NCBI RefSeq assembly: GCF_035594765.1
Contig: NC_085842.1
Location: 277,869,749-277,933,748, forward strand
DNA length: 64,000 nucleotides
From: Anolis carolinensis
Lineage: Eukaryota
Direction: 5' to 3'
Positions 35,557 to 49,965 of the stretch are shown here, piece after piece. The notes under the pieces were generated by a model that was given only the letters and a program-made list of their open reading frames with translations, was not told where the DNA came from and did no database searches. How positions within the stretch are numbered: the stretch's first letter is position 1; the number at the start of each line of letters is the position of its first letter. The position numbers and the translations under genes were made by a program.

Positions 35557-36518
35557 ATCTAGAGCGTCAAGGTTTCTCCACCTTGGAGACTTACTTGAAA
35601 AGAATGTGTGTGTTTTATATGTTTGTTCCTTTGTTTCAGATGAAAAAATACATTTAGCCCACCTTTAGATGCTAATTATAACAGTCATAGGTGGGTGACT
35701 TAAAAAAGAAAAATATTTTTCATTTCACTTAGATTGTTATATTTTTATTTGACGAGTTCTGGAGCTTGTCAAGTAACAGAGGTATTGCCAAGTAATCTAT
35801 TCTAAAATCTGATTAATAGATTTTAAGATTTTTATTGGATTCAGACAACAGCCAAAGATACAGAAACCTAATCACTTCCCCATTTTATGCAGATACATTA
35901 CTTGATGTTGTTGTTGCTCTTATGTCTCCAGTATATAATGTAATATCTCTTCTGTCCTTTACGCCAAGTCTCATGAGAGGCATGCTTAGTTCCACTGGAA
36001 TAAGAAAACACAAAATGAAAGAATAATTTTGTTGTGTATGTGTGTGTGTGATCTTAGACTCTTAATCAACTTCACATTTCAAAAAAACACCTGCTAGTAT
36101 GCTGTTAAAATATCCAAATGATGAAGAATTTATCATTTGAAAAATCATATTAGATACATTGTTTGACTGAAAAAATGTGAATTGATTGTGTACAACAATG
36201 CCATGAAATAAAATATTTTTCACACTTTCAGTTAAACAAATTTCCTTTTAAAAATGTGATTAATTAATTGATTGATTACAGTTATTACAATAAATGCTTT
36301 TAGAAATATGTGTTAATTTCCATGATAGTATTACTTGAAGTATCTGAAATATGTTTACCATAAATTTCACACTTTAAACAAATATTAGAATATTATTTAA
36401 TATGTGTGTGTTGAATCAAGAGAGATTAGGGGAAATAGCACTGTCATAAGTTAAATATATAGCTGCTAAAACTGCAGCTATGTCAATGTTGGGAAACGAC
36501 ATGTTTCTATGCTACAAT

Positions 36519-36850
36519 CAGAGCTGGCCCTAGGTATTTTTCAAGTGTAGGTGAACAGAATTTTGCCGCCCCCCCCCCCCCAAACCAATCACTGAAAAAT
36601 AAAAGTGTTGGATAAGTGAAAATGTTTGATAATAAGGAGGGATTAAGGAAAAGCCTATTAAACATCAAATTACATTAAGATTTTACAAATTAAGCACCAA
36701 AACATCATGTTTTACAACAAATCAACAGAAAAAGCAGTTCAATACCTTGCAGAGGCAGGCCGCAGGAGACAGGAGTTGCCTCGATGGCGCCCCCAACAAG
36801 ATGGCACCACAGGCAACTGCCTAGTTGGCCTGGTGGTTGAACCGCCTCTG
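36519..36850. mobile_element. Non-autonomous hAT element carrying a mariner-MITE fragment
   Basis: CAGAG...CTCTG ends, perfect 8-bp TSD GCTACAAT (36511-36518, 36851-36858); about 36606-36745 matches the interior of the 60461 MITE. Confidence 0.8.
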
Positions 36851-39184
36851 GCTACAATTATTGCATATAATTCAAACCTATTGATTAACTTGTGGAATTG
36901 GAATTTTTACCAAGGATTCATTCTTTTTTTGTTACTCACTGAATTATAATAGATACGGAGTTGTATTGATGATTACTATAAGTTACAGGGATTAAATACT
37001 TCTGCTTCAGATTTACTATATAAGATAAAACCTGTATCTCAAATAGCTGTTTATTAAGACAAGCAGTGTTCTCCTAGGGCACTCTCATGTAAAGCTCTTA
37101 AAGGAGACTACCAAGTTTATGATTACAATATTGGTGTACTTGGTCCAAAGTAGTGACCATTGTCTACAAAACCATAGGCTGGATAACTGTTGACTGCAGT
37201 TCTGTTAATGTTTACTAACCAATACTTTGAATGTGTGGGTCCTGGTATATTTGTTAGTGTTGTGTGCCTTTAAGTCATTTCCAACTTATAGTGACTCTAA
37301 TGCAAACGTATAACAAGCAAGTTTTGTTCAGAGCAGCTTTGCCTTTGCCTTCCTTTGAGACTGAGGGAGCGTAACTTACCCAAGGTCACTCAGTGGATTT
37401 CCGTGGGTGAGCTGGGATTCAAACCCTATTTTCCAGAATCCCTGTCCATTGCTGAAACCAGTACACCATGCTGGCTCTCACTGGAATATTTATTTACCTT
37501 TTTATAATTTCTACTGTCTGTCAATCATACATTGAAGAATATATTGTTTTTCTTATCCCACCTAGTGCCACCAAAAGATCACTATATAAATGTCATTACC
37601 CTCTTAACACATACTGACATTCTAGAGAGGAGCAGATGAGCAAGGAGATTTTAAACATTAAAACAAACTTGTTACTCTTTATTTAAAACCACTTTATGTC
37701 ATGGAATGTTGAATTACATAGAATGAATGAAAGCTTCTGGTCTGAGATTTTATGACAGGGGCAGAGCAAAACCATTATTACACAGCTGCCTCCATCTCAA
37801 ATCTCACTGCTTGTTTCTAATTGCTTTGTCCTAAGAAGTTTCTCTTCCAACCTGCATCTAGGATCTTCCTTCCTCAGGAATTCATAGTTAATGCCTTCTG
37901 AGATTCTGAGCTTGTTTCTTAGCCTCTTGCTTTAAGCCGTATAAGTGTTCCTTCCTCGAGTTCTTTACTGCATGAAGTGACTGGCCTTCTCCTTCTGACT
38001 CCAGACAGTGTTGGGACATTGCTTGTGTGAAGTCTAGCCAGGTCCTTTGACCAAGAAATATGGTATCAATCCACACATTTTAGAACTTTTGATCAAATCT
38101 GATAGCATACAAAAGAAAAGAAATATGAACATGGTGATACATGGTTGATACCGAAATTATGAATTTAATAGTATTTGGAACTTAGAAACTAAATATTGAC
38201 CTAACCAAGAGACAGAATTGGAATTGGCTCCTACAATTGGTACGTGAATGTGGCCTTGCTTTCTCAGCACTCATAAAATCCACAGACTTTTCCCTTTTAA
38301 CTCCGGAGAAAGCACTATTCCCTGCATACCCTTGCAGCAATTGTTATTTTAAGGAAAATTCAAGTACTGGCATGGAAGGAAGAGAGGGGTTTGTTTTCAA
38401 ATGTATGTGTTTTTATTGTTTTTCTAGTCTGTCCTTGATCTGTCAATTACTTATGACCTTAGTGTTTGTCATTGCATTTATCTTTAAAATGAATTCCCCT
38501 TTGACACAGCAATGTATGATTTCAAAACATCATATTTCCTAATGTCCCTTTTATACAGCGTTTTCCATTCCCATGCTGTTGTCTTTGAAGCTGCGGGGGA
38601 TTTCTTCCATATGTCTCCAGGACTTATTGGATAATGCTCAGGTGGCTGCTTTAGTTATTTCTCTGACACTTTGCATAATTTCATTTGATTTGTGGACTTT
38701 GCAAATAAGATATTATCTTGTCTACCTATACCTAACATGAACTTGGGACACCAGTTGTATTTTAATTCAATTCTAAAAATAAATGATCCATGTGGATTTA
38801 TTAAGATACAAAATGCTTACAAAAATGACAGTATTGTTTGAAGACAGAACAGCTTTAAAACCAGCTGCTGTCGTCAGGGCTGTCAGATACTGAATGCATT
38901 AGGACTTCTGTGCCTTTAACATTTTTATAGATGAGGAAAATGTGTCAGATGACATTTCTCTTATTTGAGAGCTGCAGTGGGAAGAAAAAGCACACCCTGA
39001 AGTCCTCCCTTTTAACAATAAACAAAGCAACCCTATGCTGCTTAGTCAGAAACAATTCCCATTGAGTTCAGTAAACCTTATTCTCATGCAAGTGTATGTA
39101 AGACTGCACTGTAAATCAATGAAGCCCTGTACCATTCAAAAACTGTCAGTCCCAAATACAAAATTTAACTTTATACACTTAGAC

Positions 39185-39367
39185 CAGGGGTATCAAACTC
39201 ATTTTCACCGAGGGCCACATCAGCCTTATGGTTGCGTTCAACGGGCCATTTTTAATTGTAAGACTATTTAAATGTAACTATGTTGTCCAGGCATTGAAAG
39301 CTCGCGAGCCACATAAAATGACATGGCAGGCTGGATTCAGCCTGTGGGCCTTGTCTTTGTCACATGT
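39185..39367. mobile_element. hAT (Charlie-like) MITE, degenerate
   Basis: CAGGGGTATCAAACTC start, GGGCC/GGCCAC subterminal motifs, degenerate right TIR. Confidence 0.5.
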
Positions 39368-40584
39368 AATTTCGACAATTCTGATACATAAGCATTCAGT
39401 TATACCACTTCCTCCATGGTAAGATTATTATAGGTATTTGAAGAGCTCAGCTTTGGAATATCTTTATAAGATCCACTGAATGAGAAATCCATTATCTCAC
39501 TGAATTTCCGTAATACCAGAAGCAAAGAATAAATAATAATTTTTTAATTTATTTTATTTTCAAGTAAAGAAATGTCCCCAGAAAATGAATCATTACTCTT
39601 GGAAGCTTCTGTGAGCAAAAGTTTATCCTTAGTCCTCCTAAAAACAAAATCAAAGGGATCCTGACAGTACTAGAACTTGTATTGATTCTCTATGTTGTTA
39701 AAAGGGGAGGAAATTCTTAATTTATTATTATTATCTCATTTTATTTTCATCTAAAATTATATTTAAATGGCAAAGTGCAGGCTCAGCTAAAAGCCCATTC
39801 TATGTGATTCTATGGCCAACTTCAAGCGAAATTGACCATATAGTAGTGCTGGAAGACCGAGAAATTTCTTAGAGAGGTGTTCTCTCAGGTTAAAAAAAAA
39901 TAGCAATTCATAGTATTTTACGTTCACAGAAGTTTTGTACCCCCAACCCCAGGTAATGTGGAGGGCTGACTCTCTAGATATATTTTACAGTCCACCATTC
40001 CAGGTTCTGTTTACACACATGATTTCACCGGGCTTTGGCTGTACTTGAAGTGCACTCTGCTTCAGCTATGTGTTTCTCTTACTGTCTAATACAGTGGCAC
40101 CACAACAGTCAATCTCAGATCCCTGTCACGTGTCTGTGTTGATTATTGTGCACATACTTATTAAAATTGTCCCTCAGAAAAGAAACCGATACCTGCAAAC
40201 TGCATGGCAAAATTCAGGGGATTCCTTTTTATTTGTATTGTATTTTTCAGTCATATCATAAAAAACAGCATTATTGGCCTTACTCAATTACTAGGGTGTG
40301 GTGGCAGTGGGCTTATCCCTATGGCTAAAGGCTAAAGTCGGTTTGTTATGTGATTAGAAACAATGCATAACAGATTCAGAATGGCAAAACCATGTAGGCC
40401 TATAGCATATCCCAGAGCATGTGATACATGAATTCACCTCCTATGTTCTTGGATATAGTAGAAGTGAGAGAGAGAATGACAAAAGGATTTACTGAAAACA
40501 GTAACATTTCTAGCTGGAAAGAAGTCAGTGATAATTCTTCGGACCAGTTTGTTCAGTTTTTTTTTTTTAGTGATAGGGAATAGT

Positions 40585-41030
40585 AGTATTTTGATTAAAT
40601 TTGCAGCTGATATTGAACTACAAGGCATTGTCAATGCAGGGAAAGATCAGGAAATTATGCAGAATGAAACAGATGATCTTATGAACTTGTGTAATAGAAA
40701 TAAAGGAGAATTCAATATGTGTAAGGTCATGCATGTGGGACTAGGAGGGGTCATCCAACAGAAACAACTGAGGAGAAAGGCGATTTCAAGATAGTGGTTG
40801 GTCACAAGATGAATATGAACCATGAATGTGATGCAGATGTAAAGAGGAAAAGTCAGTTCTATGTACTTGAAGGCAGAGCTGGTTCTTGGATTTGTAAAAG
40901 ATGTTTATAGTAGAAGCGGGGTAGTTATTCATATCCTACTAGAGAGCACTAAACAGACAACATCTAAAAGGATGCCTAGTGTTGGTCATCTGTATTGAAA
41001 ATGATTAATTCAGTGTAGAACAGGCAGCAA
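40585..41030 (+). pseudogene. Ancient CR1 LINE ORF2 (RT C-terminal) fragment
   Basis: LIKFAAD..L.G.......MQ...DDL......N...FN.CKVMHVG resembles CR1 LIKFADDTKLGG...FN..KCKV.H.G. Confidence 0.7.
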
Positions 41031-42629
41031 AGCAACTACAACAAAGAAATGTAAATTATATTTTATTAGTAGATATTATAAAAGATTTCCCTATTTGTCT
41101 TAGATAAAGACACCGAGAAGAAATATGATAACATTTTACAGATATTATTAGACTTTTTTTGTATGGCACTTTTTCATAGAACTGTGCCCAAAGAGGCTCA
41201 TAAATAAATACACAACAGTAAGTACAGCATAACAATCGAGAAACTATAACAGGAGCAATTGCAAACAACTACAGTGTTAAATAAATACATAACAATGCAT
41301 TTTAATGAAACCTTATAAAGTTCAGCTAATCCGGAAACTTACAATTTTTGAAAGAGAGTAATTTCTAACATAAGAACAAAATCAGCTGCAAAGGGCGCCA
41401 AATAAATATCCATTCAGGAAGAGCGATGGTCCCAACCAATTTATACTTATTGACTCAGACACACTTCTCACTGAACGGCAATATTTTTCATAACACTCAT
41501 CAAGATTCTGTGTCTTTCCCCATTTCCTATTTGTGGAAGTAAATATTTCATCAAGCCCTACAGAACACATTGTCCCTTTCTACTAAACAGCCCTCCTAAC
41601 ATTTCTGTCTTCAAGAAAGCAACTTTAAGAAACTCCAGGGTGGGATGAGACGGGTAAAAAAGTTTTGGCCTGTGAGTGTTGACCTCTCCAGTGTGTAGCT
41701 CTTCTAACATTATTACTTCTAACATTATGACTACTTGAACTACATAAACATAAGAAAATTGGACATATAATATCAGTACATTTAAGTCTCAAATCAAAAG
41801 GTTTTAGTCTCTTCAAGAGGTTGCCTAGAATATTTGTAGAAGGGAAGAAATCCACTTAGTTGCAAAATTGCATTTCTTCACATGTGGCATTTTGTATCAG
41901 TGCAATCTCAGAATGTGCAGTAGAAAAAGCCTGAAAAAATGATTGGGGTTTCAGGAAACCAAAGGGACAGGAGGACCAGAAGTTGCAGATTTAGCATATC
42001 TGTTCAAAAAAGTAATGAAGACTAGCTTTTTATGGGGAACTGAGATTCTCAGTCTGCTGTGCCATTTCTTACTGAGCTATGCTTTGTGTATCTTCAAGCT
42101 GTCAATACTTGTACATATTGGAAACTATAACTACATGCTGCCTTTGTGTCAGTACTTCACCTTAGACATTTCAGCAAGAAGACAACTGTACACAGTATAA
42201 TTTTCATTGCCAGAAATGCGCATCCAAGTGAACTGAGTTTAGCTGTGTGGACATAGCCTGAAGAAACTGAAAATTGCAGGTGTCCTCAGGATCTTACAGA
42301 ACTGTTTGAGGGTTTACCACTGTAGCAAATATCTAAGATGAAACATATCAACATGGATAAATCCTCTGAGATGTAGATTGATACTGAGATCTCCCACCCT
42401 ACACAGCAGGGAAAACTTGCGTTTCTATACATCTTATCCATTCACTAGCAGAAGAGTTTTGTTGTTCTGTATTACTTGTGAAGTCCATGGAAGGAGGCCT
42501 TTGTCGTGCACGATAGGTAAACACTTGTGGATGGACTCCGTCCTGCAAAGACAGTCACTGCAGGTAGAAATGAGAGGGATCTTAATTAGGGTTGCCAGAG
42601 TGAAAACTTGGAAAGGTCTCCGGTGCCTT

Positions 42630-43010
42630 TTCGATTTCTATGTACGGTCTTGAAAGCTGTACAATAAAAGAAGCCAAAAGAAGGAGAATCAGCTCATTTG
42701 GAATGTGGTGCTGGAGGAGAGTGCTATGGATACCACAGATTGCCAAAAAAAGAAACAGCAGCAATGAAATGGATCCTTTTAAAAAACAGCCTGAACTGAC
42801 CAAATGTAGGTTATTTTCCATATCATAAGACAACATGATTTCTTGACAAAAGATAATGCTTTGTAAAGTGGAGGGCAGTTGAAAAAGAGAAAAACTAGAA
42901 GTGGATAGACTCAGTCAAGGAAGCTCTGAGTTTTCAAAGTGTTAACAGAGTTGTTTATAACAGGGTGCCTTGGACTTCTCACATTCATAGGGTTGCTGTA
43001 CATTGAGGTA
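42630..43010 (+). pseudogene. RTE/BovB-like LINE 3' fragment
   Basis: MYGLESCTIKEAKRRRISSFGMWCWRRVLWIP resembles BovB MYGCESWTIKKAE.RRIDAFELWCWRRLLR.PW. Confidence 0.8.
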
Positions 43011-45525
43011 TAATTTCAACAATAATTGTTTGTTTTCTGGTTTTGTGATAAGCAACAACAGCCGATAATTCTTACTTCTGCACAATGAATAACGGTACAG
43101 GAGCCCTCTTCATTTTTCAGTCTGACAATCTTAGTCTTGATGTCAAAGGAGATTACAAACTCCTTCTTGTTGACCAAAAGTAAATAAAAACCTTTACAAA
43201 AATGTTTGCAAACATATAACTATAACTATTATGTCATACAAGATTGTTTTCTGATTGGTATTATGCAGACCCACTATTGACTTATTTTTGTTTATCATGT
43301 CAGAAACAAACTGAGGATACAGTTATAATGTATTTTTAAACACAAAATTTAAAAAATGGCATTATACTAGATTTCCTTTGACCACAAGCTAGCCATTTGG
43401 AGTGCCTCTGGTATCACTGTGAAAAGGTCCTCCGTTGTGCATGCGGCAGGACTATTGATCATAATTTCTAGAAGCATAAAATAAATCCACTTAGATGTTT
43501 TCTGGTGAATCTGGGGCAGATTTTCTAGGGAATATACCATACCTAGATTATTGGAACTTACCTATGAATAAATAAGCATAGCCTTAGATTGTAAATGTCT
43601 AGTTGCACTGTCATCTCTGTAAACTGATACCCATTTTAATGGCTGAAGGAGGTTGGGATGGTTTGTTGGTGCCTCCCACCAGTCTCTGGTAGTACAGAGG
43701 AACACTTGTGAAGTAGAAGCAGTTTTCCCTGCAAAGAAAAACCAACAACGGTGTGCGGGTAGAAAAAACGGCACCAGCAATTCTTCTGTCAGGGTAGTTG
43801 TCGAAAAACTACCCTGATAGTTTGCCTTTAGGATAACAAGAAATACTCCCCATTCTGTCTCTCCCCCCCCCCAATTCCCTATATTGCACTAGAACAGATC
43901 TATTTTCTTGCAAAATAAATTTGAAGATAATCATTTGGCAATCTAATAATTCTCTGTTGTTGAGAAAATATTTGTAAGGAAATATAGTAAGCCTTACAGA
44001 ATTAACAGAATATGTAAATCAGTAGTATATTCTAGTTTCCTTGTATCCTTATAGGTGTTTTCAAAGATAATTTCAAAGATAATTGACTCTGTGATTTTTA
44101 TCACTCAGACCTGATTTGTATATTAATTTTCTACTTATTCTCATATCTGGTTGTGTGTGTGTGTGTGTTTTCCTAATCCAACATCTGTATTGTCAGGATC
44201 TCTGTTGTTTGCCAGTAATATTTACCTCATTGTTTGGCTTATAATAAAATGTATATTATCTTATTCCTTTTGCATAAATAACTAATAAATCTCATTCATT
44301 AGTAGATCCACGTTGGGTAAAATTATATGAGAGAATCAGAAGAGTGAGCAAAGGCTAATCCGGTCCAGCATTAAAGTGGCTAACCAGATGTCTGGGAGAA
44401 ACCCATGGTAGGACATTGAAGACAAGAGCAACCTTCTGGACTTCTGCATGGCAGCATCCATGAATACACTTCCCTCCTCCTCTGTATACCCTTAAAAACC
44501 CCTCATCTCCCCTCCCCCCCCCCAAATCTGCATTGAATGCCCCCCAGATTGGTGCAAGGGCACTATCCCCTCTGTTCCACCACTGGAAATTATTTCTTCA
44601 GTAGAAAGGGATAATTAGATACAACCCTTTGGCTTCACCACTTGTTTTTCACGTAACTTTAAAAAAAATCCTTTGATCCATTTCATTAATAAGGAAAAAT
44701 ATTTCCTGTACTCTTTAAACTGCTCCTTTAAATATCTCTTTTTAAAAAATGGCTGCTGTGGAAATCAGCAATTTTCCTACCTTGCTTCAATTAATCCCCT
44801 GTAAAACTAACCAAACTCTTAATAGTCACTGCTTCCAGTACAACTGAATCTTGATTATAGTAAGATTCCAGAATAGCCTTCTCTCACCTATTCAGTTTTC
44901 CTAGGTTTTGCTCCAGTATATACTTTGTATCACAATTCTGTGCATTTTACTGCATAACTCTAACAAAAAACAATTGTTTTTATTAAACCATATTTTCTCC
45001 CATCTCCAAACAATTCTATTTCTTGGTAAAGAGTTTATAGTAACTGTTGTGTTTTCAACAATTTCACTGTAGTTGATTCAGCCATGCAGTAATCATTATC
45101 TTTGATTATAGACATTGAGCTATAAAATTTCAGCTAACAAATATTTAAGGATTTTTAAAACAAACAATAGCCAACAAATACCTCAGTTGGCTGTTGCCAC
45201 TGTAGTGAATGAGTAAATTCTCAACAGTGGCAATAGCTAACTAAGTTATCTTAATCAGTGAAGTAAAAGCCTAAGCTTGTATCTAAGCAAAATATAGTGA
45301 GAACAGTGCCAAAACAAGCCCCCCCCCCCCCCCGACACTCACTCAAGGTGAAGAGAAAAGCAGAGACACAACATGTTTTTCCCCATGCACTTAAATAAGC
45401 AAGTGTTTAGATTTGTATGCTATCTATACAAAATCTTCTGTACCAAAAAGTGCTTCCAAAATTAACCCAAATCTCATTGTCCCAGACGGGAACCGCTGAA
45501 GCCCAGTGTGTTGCATGTAGACTTA

Positions 45526-45748
45526 GGGTGCATCTACACTGTAGAAGTAATGCAGTGTGATACCACTTTAACTTCTATGGCAGAATGCTATGACATTGTG
45601 TGAGTTGTAGTTTTATAAGGACTTTAGCCTTCTCTGCCAAAGAGTGCTAGTGCCTCATCAAACTACAAATACTAGAATTCCATAGCATTGAGCCATAGCA
45701 GTTGAATTGGTGTTTAACAGCATTAATTCTACAGTATGGAAGCACCTT
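45526..45748. mobile_element. Palindromic MITE family GGGTGCATCTACACTG (possibly Harbinger-type); further copies at about 53878-54090, 54338-54540, 54860-55052, 55209-55403, 55470-55605, 56340-56547, 62803-62990
   Basis: Long terminal inverted repeats with shared interior; at least 8 copies in the window. Confidence 0.7.
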
Positions 45749-45921
45749 TTGTTGCTCATTATTTTATATTAATTTCAGTAGGCCCATTTTAAACACAGGT
45801 AATTTAAATCTCATTGATTTTCATTGACCAGAATGGAGACCTTGTCTGCCTCTATTCTGATTTCACTGATTTCAGGGGAATTCATATTTGGATAGATGTT
45901 TAGATGGACATCCCACTAAAA

Positions 45922-46055
45922 CAGGCATGGGCAAACTTGGGCCTTTCAGGTGTTTTGGACTTCAACTCCCATAATTCCTAACAGCCTACCATCTGCTAGG
46001 AATTATGAGAGTTGAAGTCCAAAATACCTGGAGAGCTGAAGTTTGCCCATGTCTG
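45922..46055. mobile_element. Palindromic hAT MITE (CAGGCATGGGCAAACTT family; also about 48700-48836 and 50578-50779)
   Basis: TIRs, hairpin interior, TSD CACTAAA(A/G). Confidence 0.8.
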
Positions 46056-48329
46056 CACTAAAGCAATACAGCTTGAATATTGAAATGTGTACTTATATAT
46101 TTATCCAAATATGAATTCCACTGAAATTAACTGAATTGAAATAAAGGCACATGATAGCCTCTGCTCTCTATTGGATGTACATTTGGCTATCTGTGCCATA
46201 ATCGAGTAAGTGATGTTTGCCAGAGGAAGCCGGCTTTCCTACCTGGATCTCTTTACTTGGCTCAGCATGATAAAACAGATGGAGGAAGTAAAAGGAGCAA
46301 AATACACTTTCTTGCCCCTCTTTCTACCTTCTTGAAAAAATATATTGTTTCCCATATAAAATGTGTGCCACATACAGAACTCCAATAAAAGCAGTCCATT
46401 TAGACCATTTTGATAAATGAACACATTTATTTATTGTAAGAATGACATATATGAATTAGCAATTAATTTATGAGCCCATTAGAACTCTAAAGTAAGTTTC
46501 ATGTTTACTTTCACTAAAGCATTTGTAGTTTTCAATCTATGTTGTTTTTTAATATATTGTTAGCCACTTTGAGTCCCATCGGTGAAGGAATAACAACAAC
46601 CGACAATGTTTGTGGGTCCACACTTGTTACTTGTATCACTATCCAAATATTTCTGACTACTTCAATATGGTTTTAGTTAATATTTTAGCATATTGTTAAC
46701 ATGAGAACTGTTCCATTCAGCACAAAAGATAGGCCTGCGGGATCACTACGTAAACTCAAATGCTTGCCTCCTGCTCCTTTCATTAGTACAAATGTTGTGT
46801 AATAGAATATTCTTACCTGTGGGGTTTTCCTTAGATGGTGGGACTAATCTTTTTACTATGAAATCTGGGAAAGACTTAAGTACATTCCCATTCTCAATAG
46901 GTGACTGAAAATATCTATCTCTGAGAAAAATGTGACATCTCAGATGTTCTGAAGGACCAGCATTTATACTTGACAAGATGAGAGGGCTGGGATGTTCAAG
47001 CATTCCTAGTCAAGCCATGCTACAGATCATCATAATTGTAAAAACTAAAAAGCCACTGTAGTGATTTTACCACCAGGGAAATTGTTCATCCATCAGTAAG
47101 ATTATTACGGTTAAGAGACAATGAGGAGAGGGAGTTAAAATTGCTTTAGCCCGTTGAATCATCAGTTCCCTCTGGATTCAAAAGCTTGAATTGGTTTTAG
47201 AGTGAGGTGCCATAAGAGGGCTGCTACTAGAAATCTTAACAAGTTGATCACAGTCTCAGAAACACTAGCGAGTGTGAGTATGATCTCCTCCGAGGGAAAG
47301 TATAGGTTATATTTTGAAGGAGAAAAAGATGGGAGTGCAATTAGCCATGGCTTCGTTTACTTGTTTCCTTGTCGTGTGCATCAGGAAGTCAGCTGTTCTA
47401 AAAAGGGAAATTTGTGTGATAAATAATAAAACCGCAAGTAATTGAATATTACTTCTTGGGGGGACTTCTTGGGGAGGCAAAAAGAGAGAACATTTAAATT
47501 AGAGAACAATAAAAGGAACAAAGTGCAGAAAACATTTGTCTGGAGACGAGTAGCTCCTTATGGTGTTAATGTGTGGAATGGAATAATCTGTGAACAGGAA
47601 GTCTTATGTTTGTGTTCTGCCTAAATTGAGTTCATTAATAAGAAAGGAACAAAAACATAGAGCTGTGATTACCTGTTCAAAAGGAGAGTGTTTGGGGTAG
47701 TTATCTTTTCACCTACAGATCCTATATGGCATGAAGCATATACCAAAGTTTACAAGATGTTATCTTGTCAGTAGCATAATTATACCAGTGTATCCATGAG
47801 CACATTATGTTTTGTATTTTTATTTGGCCATGGTGAGTTCTTTGTATCTCGCAGTTGTTTGCCTCGGTGCATATTCTTTGTCTAAAATGTGCTTGTGTGC
47901 AATTGTGAATGCTTTCTTATAGGAGCCATCTGTGAAGGACAGATCTTTGTTTGAAGTGACCTGCCTTAAGTGTTAACAGAGTGCAAGGGAATGGATGTGT
48001 GGCTCCGATTTGAACAGGAAGCCTCTGCTAGGGCATGTATATGTACCGAAGGAGCAGCGGAGCAGGAGCAGCGTCTTTGTGTCGAGGTTGCCTCCGGAGA
48101 GGGATCTCTTTGTAGGCATAGTAAGAACGCCAGTTTTAGAACGGGTTGGCTTTATATAAATGGCAGGCTGGTGTCACGCCACCAGTGTGATCCAGAAGGG
48201 GATTCGCAATACGCTTTTCTTGCCTGTGCTCCTTCCTTCGCTGTTTTCAGAAACGCCAACCCACCTGTCAGGCAAGCTCTCCTTCAGGGTAGGCCCGGAC
48301 CATCATGTCCTTTATTGTCGTAACTCCCA

Positions 48330-48501
48330 NNNNNNNNNNNNNNNNNNNNNNNNNNNNNNNNNNNNNNNNNNNNNNNNNNNNNNNNNNNNNNNNNNNNNNN
48401 NNNNNNNNNNNNNNNNNNNNNNNNNNNNNNNNNNNNNNNNNNNNNNNNNNNNNNNNNNNNNNNNNNNNNNNNNNNNNNNNNNNNNNNNNNNNNNNNNNNN
48501 N
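48330..48501. other. Assembly gap
   Basis: Run of N. Confidence 1.
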
Positions 48502-49632
48502 GCCTGGGATCTGGAGGCTTCCCAGCAGCATCTCTGCATAATTGTGCTATCTAGGGAAAGGGTCAGAGCTCTTTCAGGACACCTGGTTGGTGGTGGGCTT
48601 CGAGGTGGGGGTTATATTGTGCAGTGCGGGATATAAATAGCAAATGGGGCAGAATTATGGGATATACTTCAATTATGCAGCTTTTGCTTTGGTTAAAGAA
48701 GGCCTGGGCAAACTTGGGTCCTCCAGATGCTTTGGATTTCAACTCCCATTTCCTAACAGCCTCGGGCCTGAGGCTGTTAGGAATTATGGGAGTTGAAATC
48801 CAAAACACCTGGAGGGCCAAAGTTTGCCCAGGCCTGCTACAGACGCACATATGTTGGAAATAGCAATCTCCTAAGCCTTTCACTATTTGTTTGTTAATGT
48901 ATCTATTTTCTAACCTGTATTCTATGTGTCTGTTGATTTGCCAATTTGACTATACCTCTTTGGTGTGGAAGGGGTTATAAACATGTGCTTGTACTGAGCA
49001 TGTTCAGACTCAGAACTCCATTTTGTATTCAGTCTGCTTAACACCTCATTGAAGGTGGATGCATGTTGCTGTTTGAACTTCAATAGAGAAGTATGACTTA
49101 TGGACTTCAGTGAGTACAACTATACTTAAAGACTATGGACTATTGATTAAGAATGATACCCTGTGTAATCAACACAAAGAAAGCGACATCCTATCTGTAA
49201 CTGAACTTTAATAAGAAATGTGCCTATATGGTGAATTAATACAGGATGTTTGTGAGTAAACAAGATACGTTATTTTTCAAAGAAGACTTTGGTTTTTTTT
49301 TAATCTCTGAGTGTATATTTTAAACGAAGAAGTTTTAAGGGAGTATATATCTTTTGGGCAATTACAACTACTACTGCAATTTCAACTTCAAAAAAACAAC
49401 CATCCTTTGCTAGCCAAATATATTTTTGTAGTGGCATGTCTTCAGTTTAACAATACATGGTTCTTCAGTTTAACAGCTGAGTTACCTGTGTGCCATTACA
49501 TGAATGCTTACGAATATTACTTGTTCAAAGAGTTGACTTCTAAGAAGGTTATGCTTTTCTTGACTAGTGGTTTTTAAAAGGTGGTCTCCACATGTTCATG
49601 GAGATTTACATTTGCCAAATGGATATGACATT

Positions 49633-49965
49633 GTGTTGTCAAAGGCTTTCATGACCAGAATCACTGGGTTGCTGTGAGTTTTCCGGGCTGTATGGCCATG
49701 TTCCAAAAGCATTCTCTCCTGATGTTTTGCCTGCATCTATGGCAAGCATCCTCTGAGGCTGTGAGGTCTGTTGGAATCTAGGCAATTGGGGTTTATATAT
49801 CTGTGGAATGATCAGCGTGGGAGAAAGAGCTCTTGTCTGTTTGAGGCAGGTGTGAATGTTGCAATTGGCCACCTTGATTAGCACTGAATAGCCTTTCAGC
49901 TTCAAGGTCTGACTGCCTACGGGAACCCTTTGTTGGGAGGTATTAACTGACCCTGATTGATTCAT
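49633..49965 (-). mobile_element. Penelope pseudo-LTR (hammerhead core mutated)
   Basis: Similar to 27402-27790. Confidence 0.8.

Noticed and set aside
41340-46900. Exon-like minus-strand segments (about 41342-41557, 43561-43727, 46817-46894) bounded by AG/GT
   Set aside because: Two have stops in all or most frames and none gives a recognisable product. Non-coding antisense exons cannot be excluded but are unsupported.
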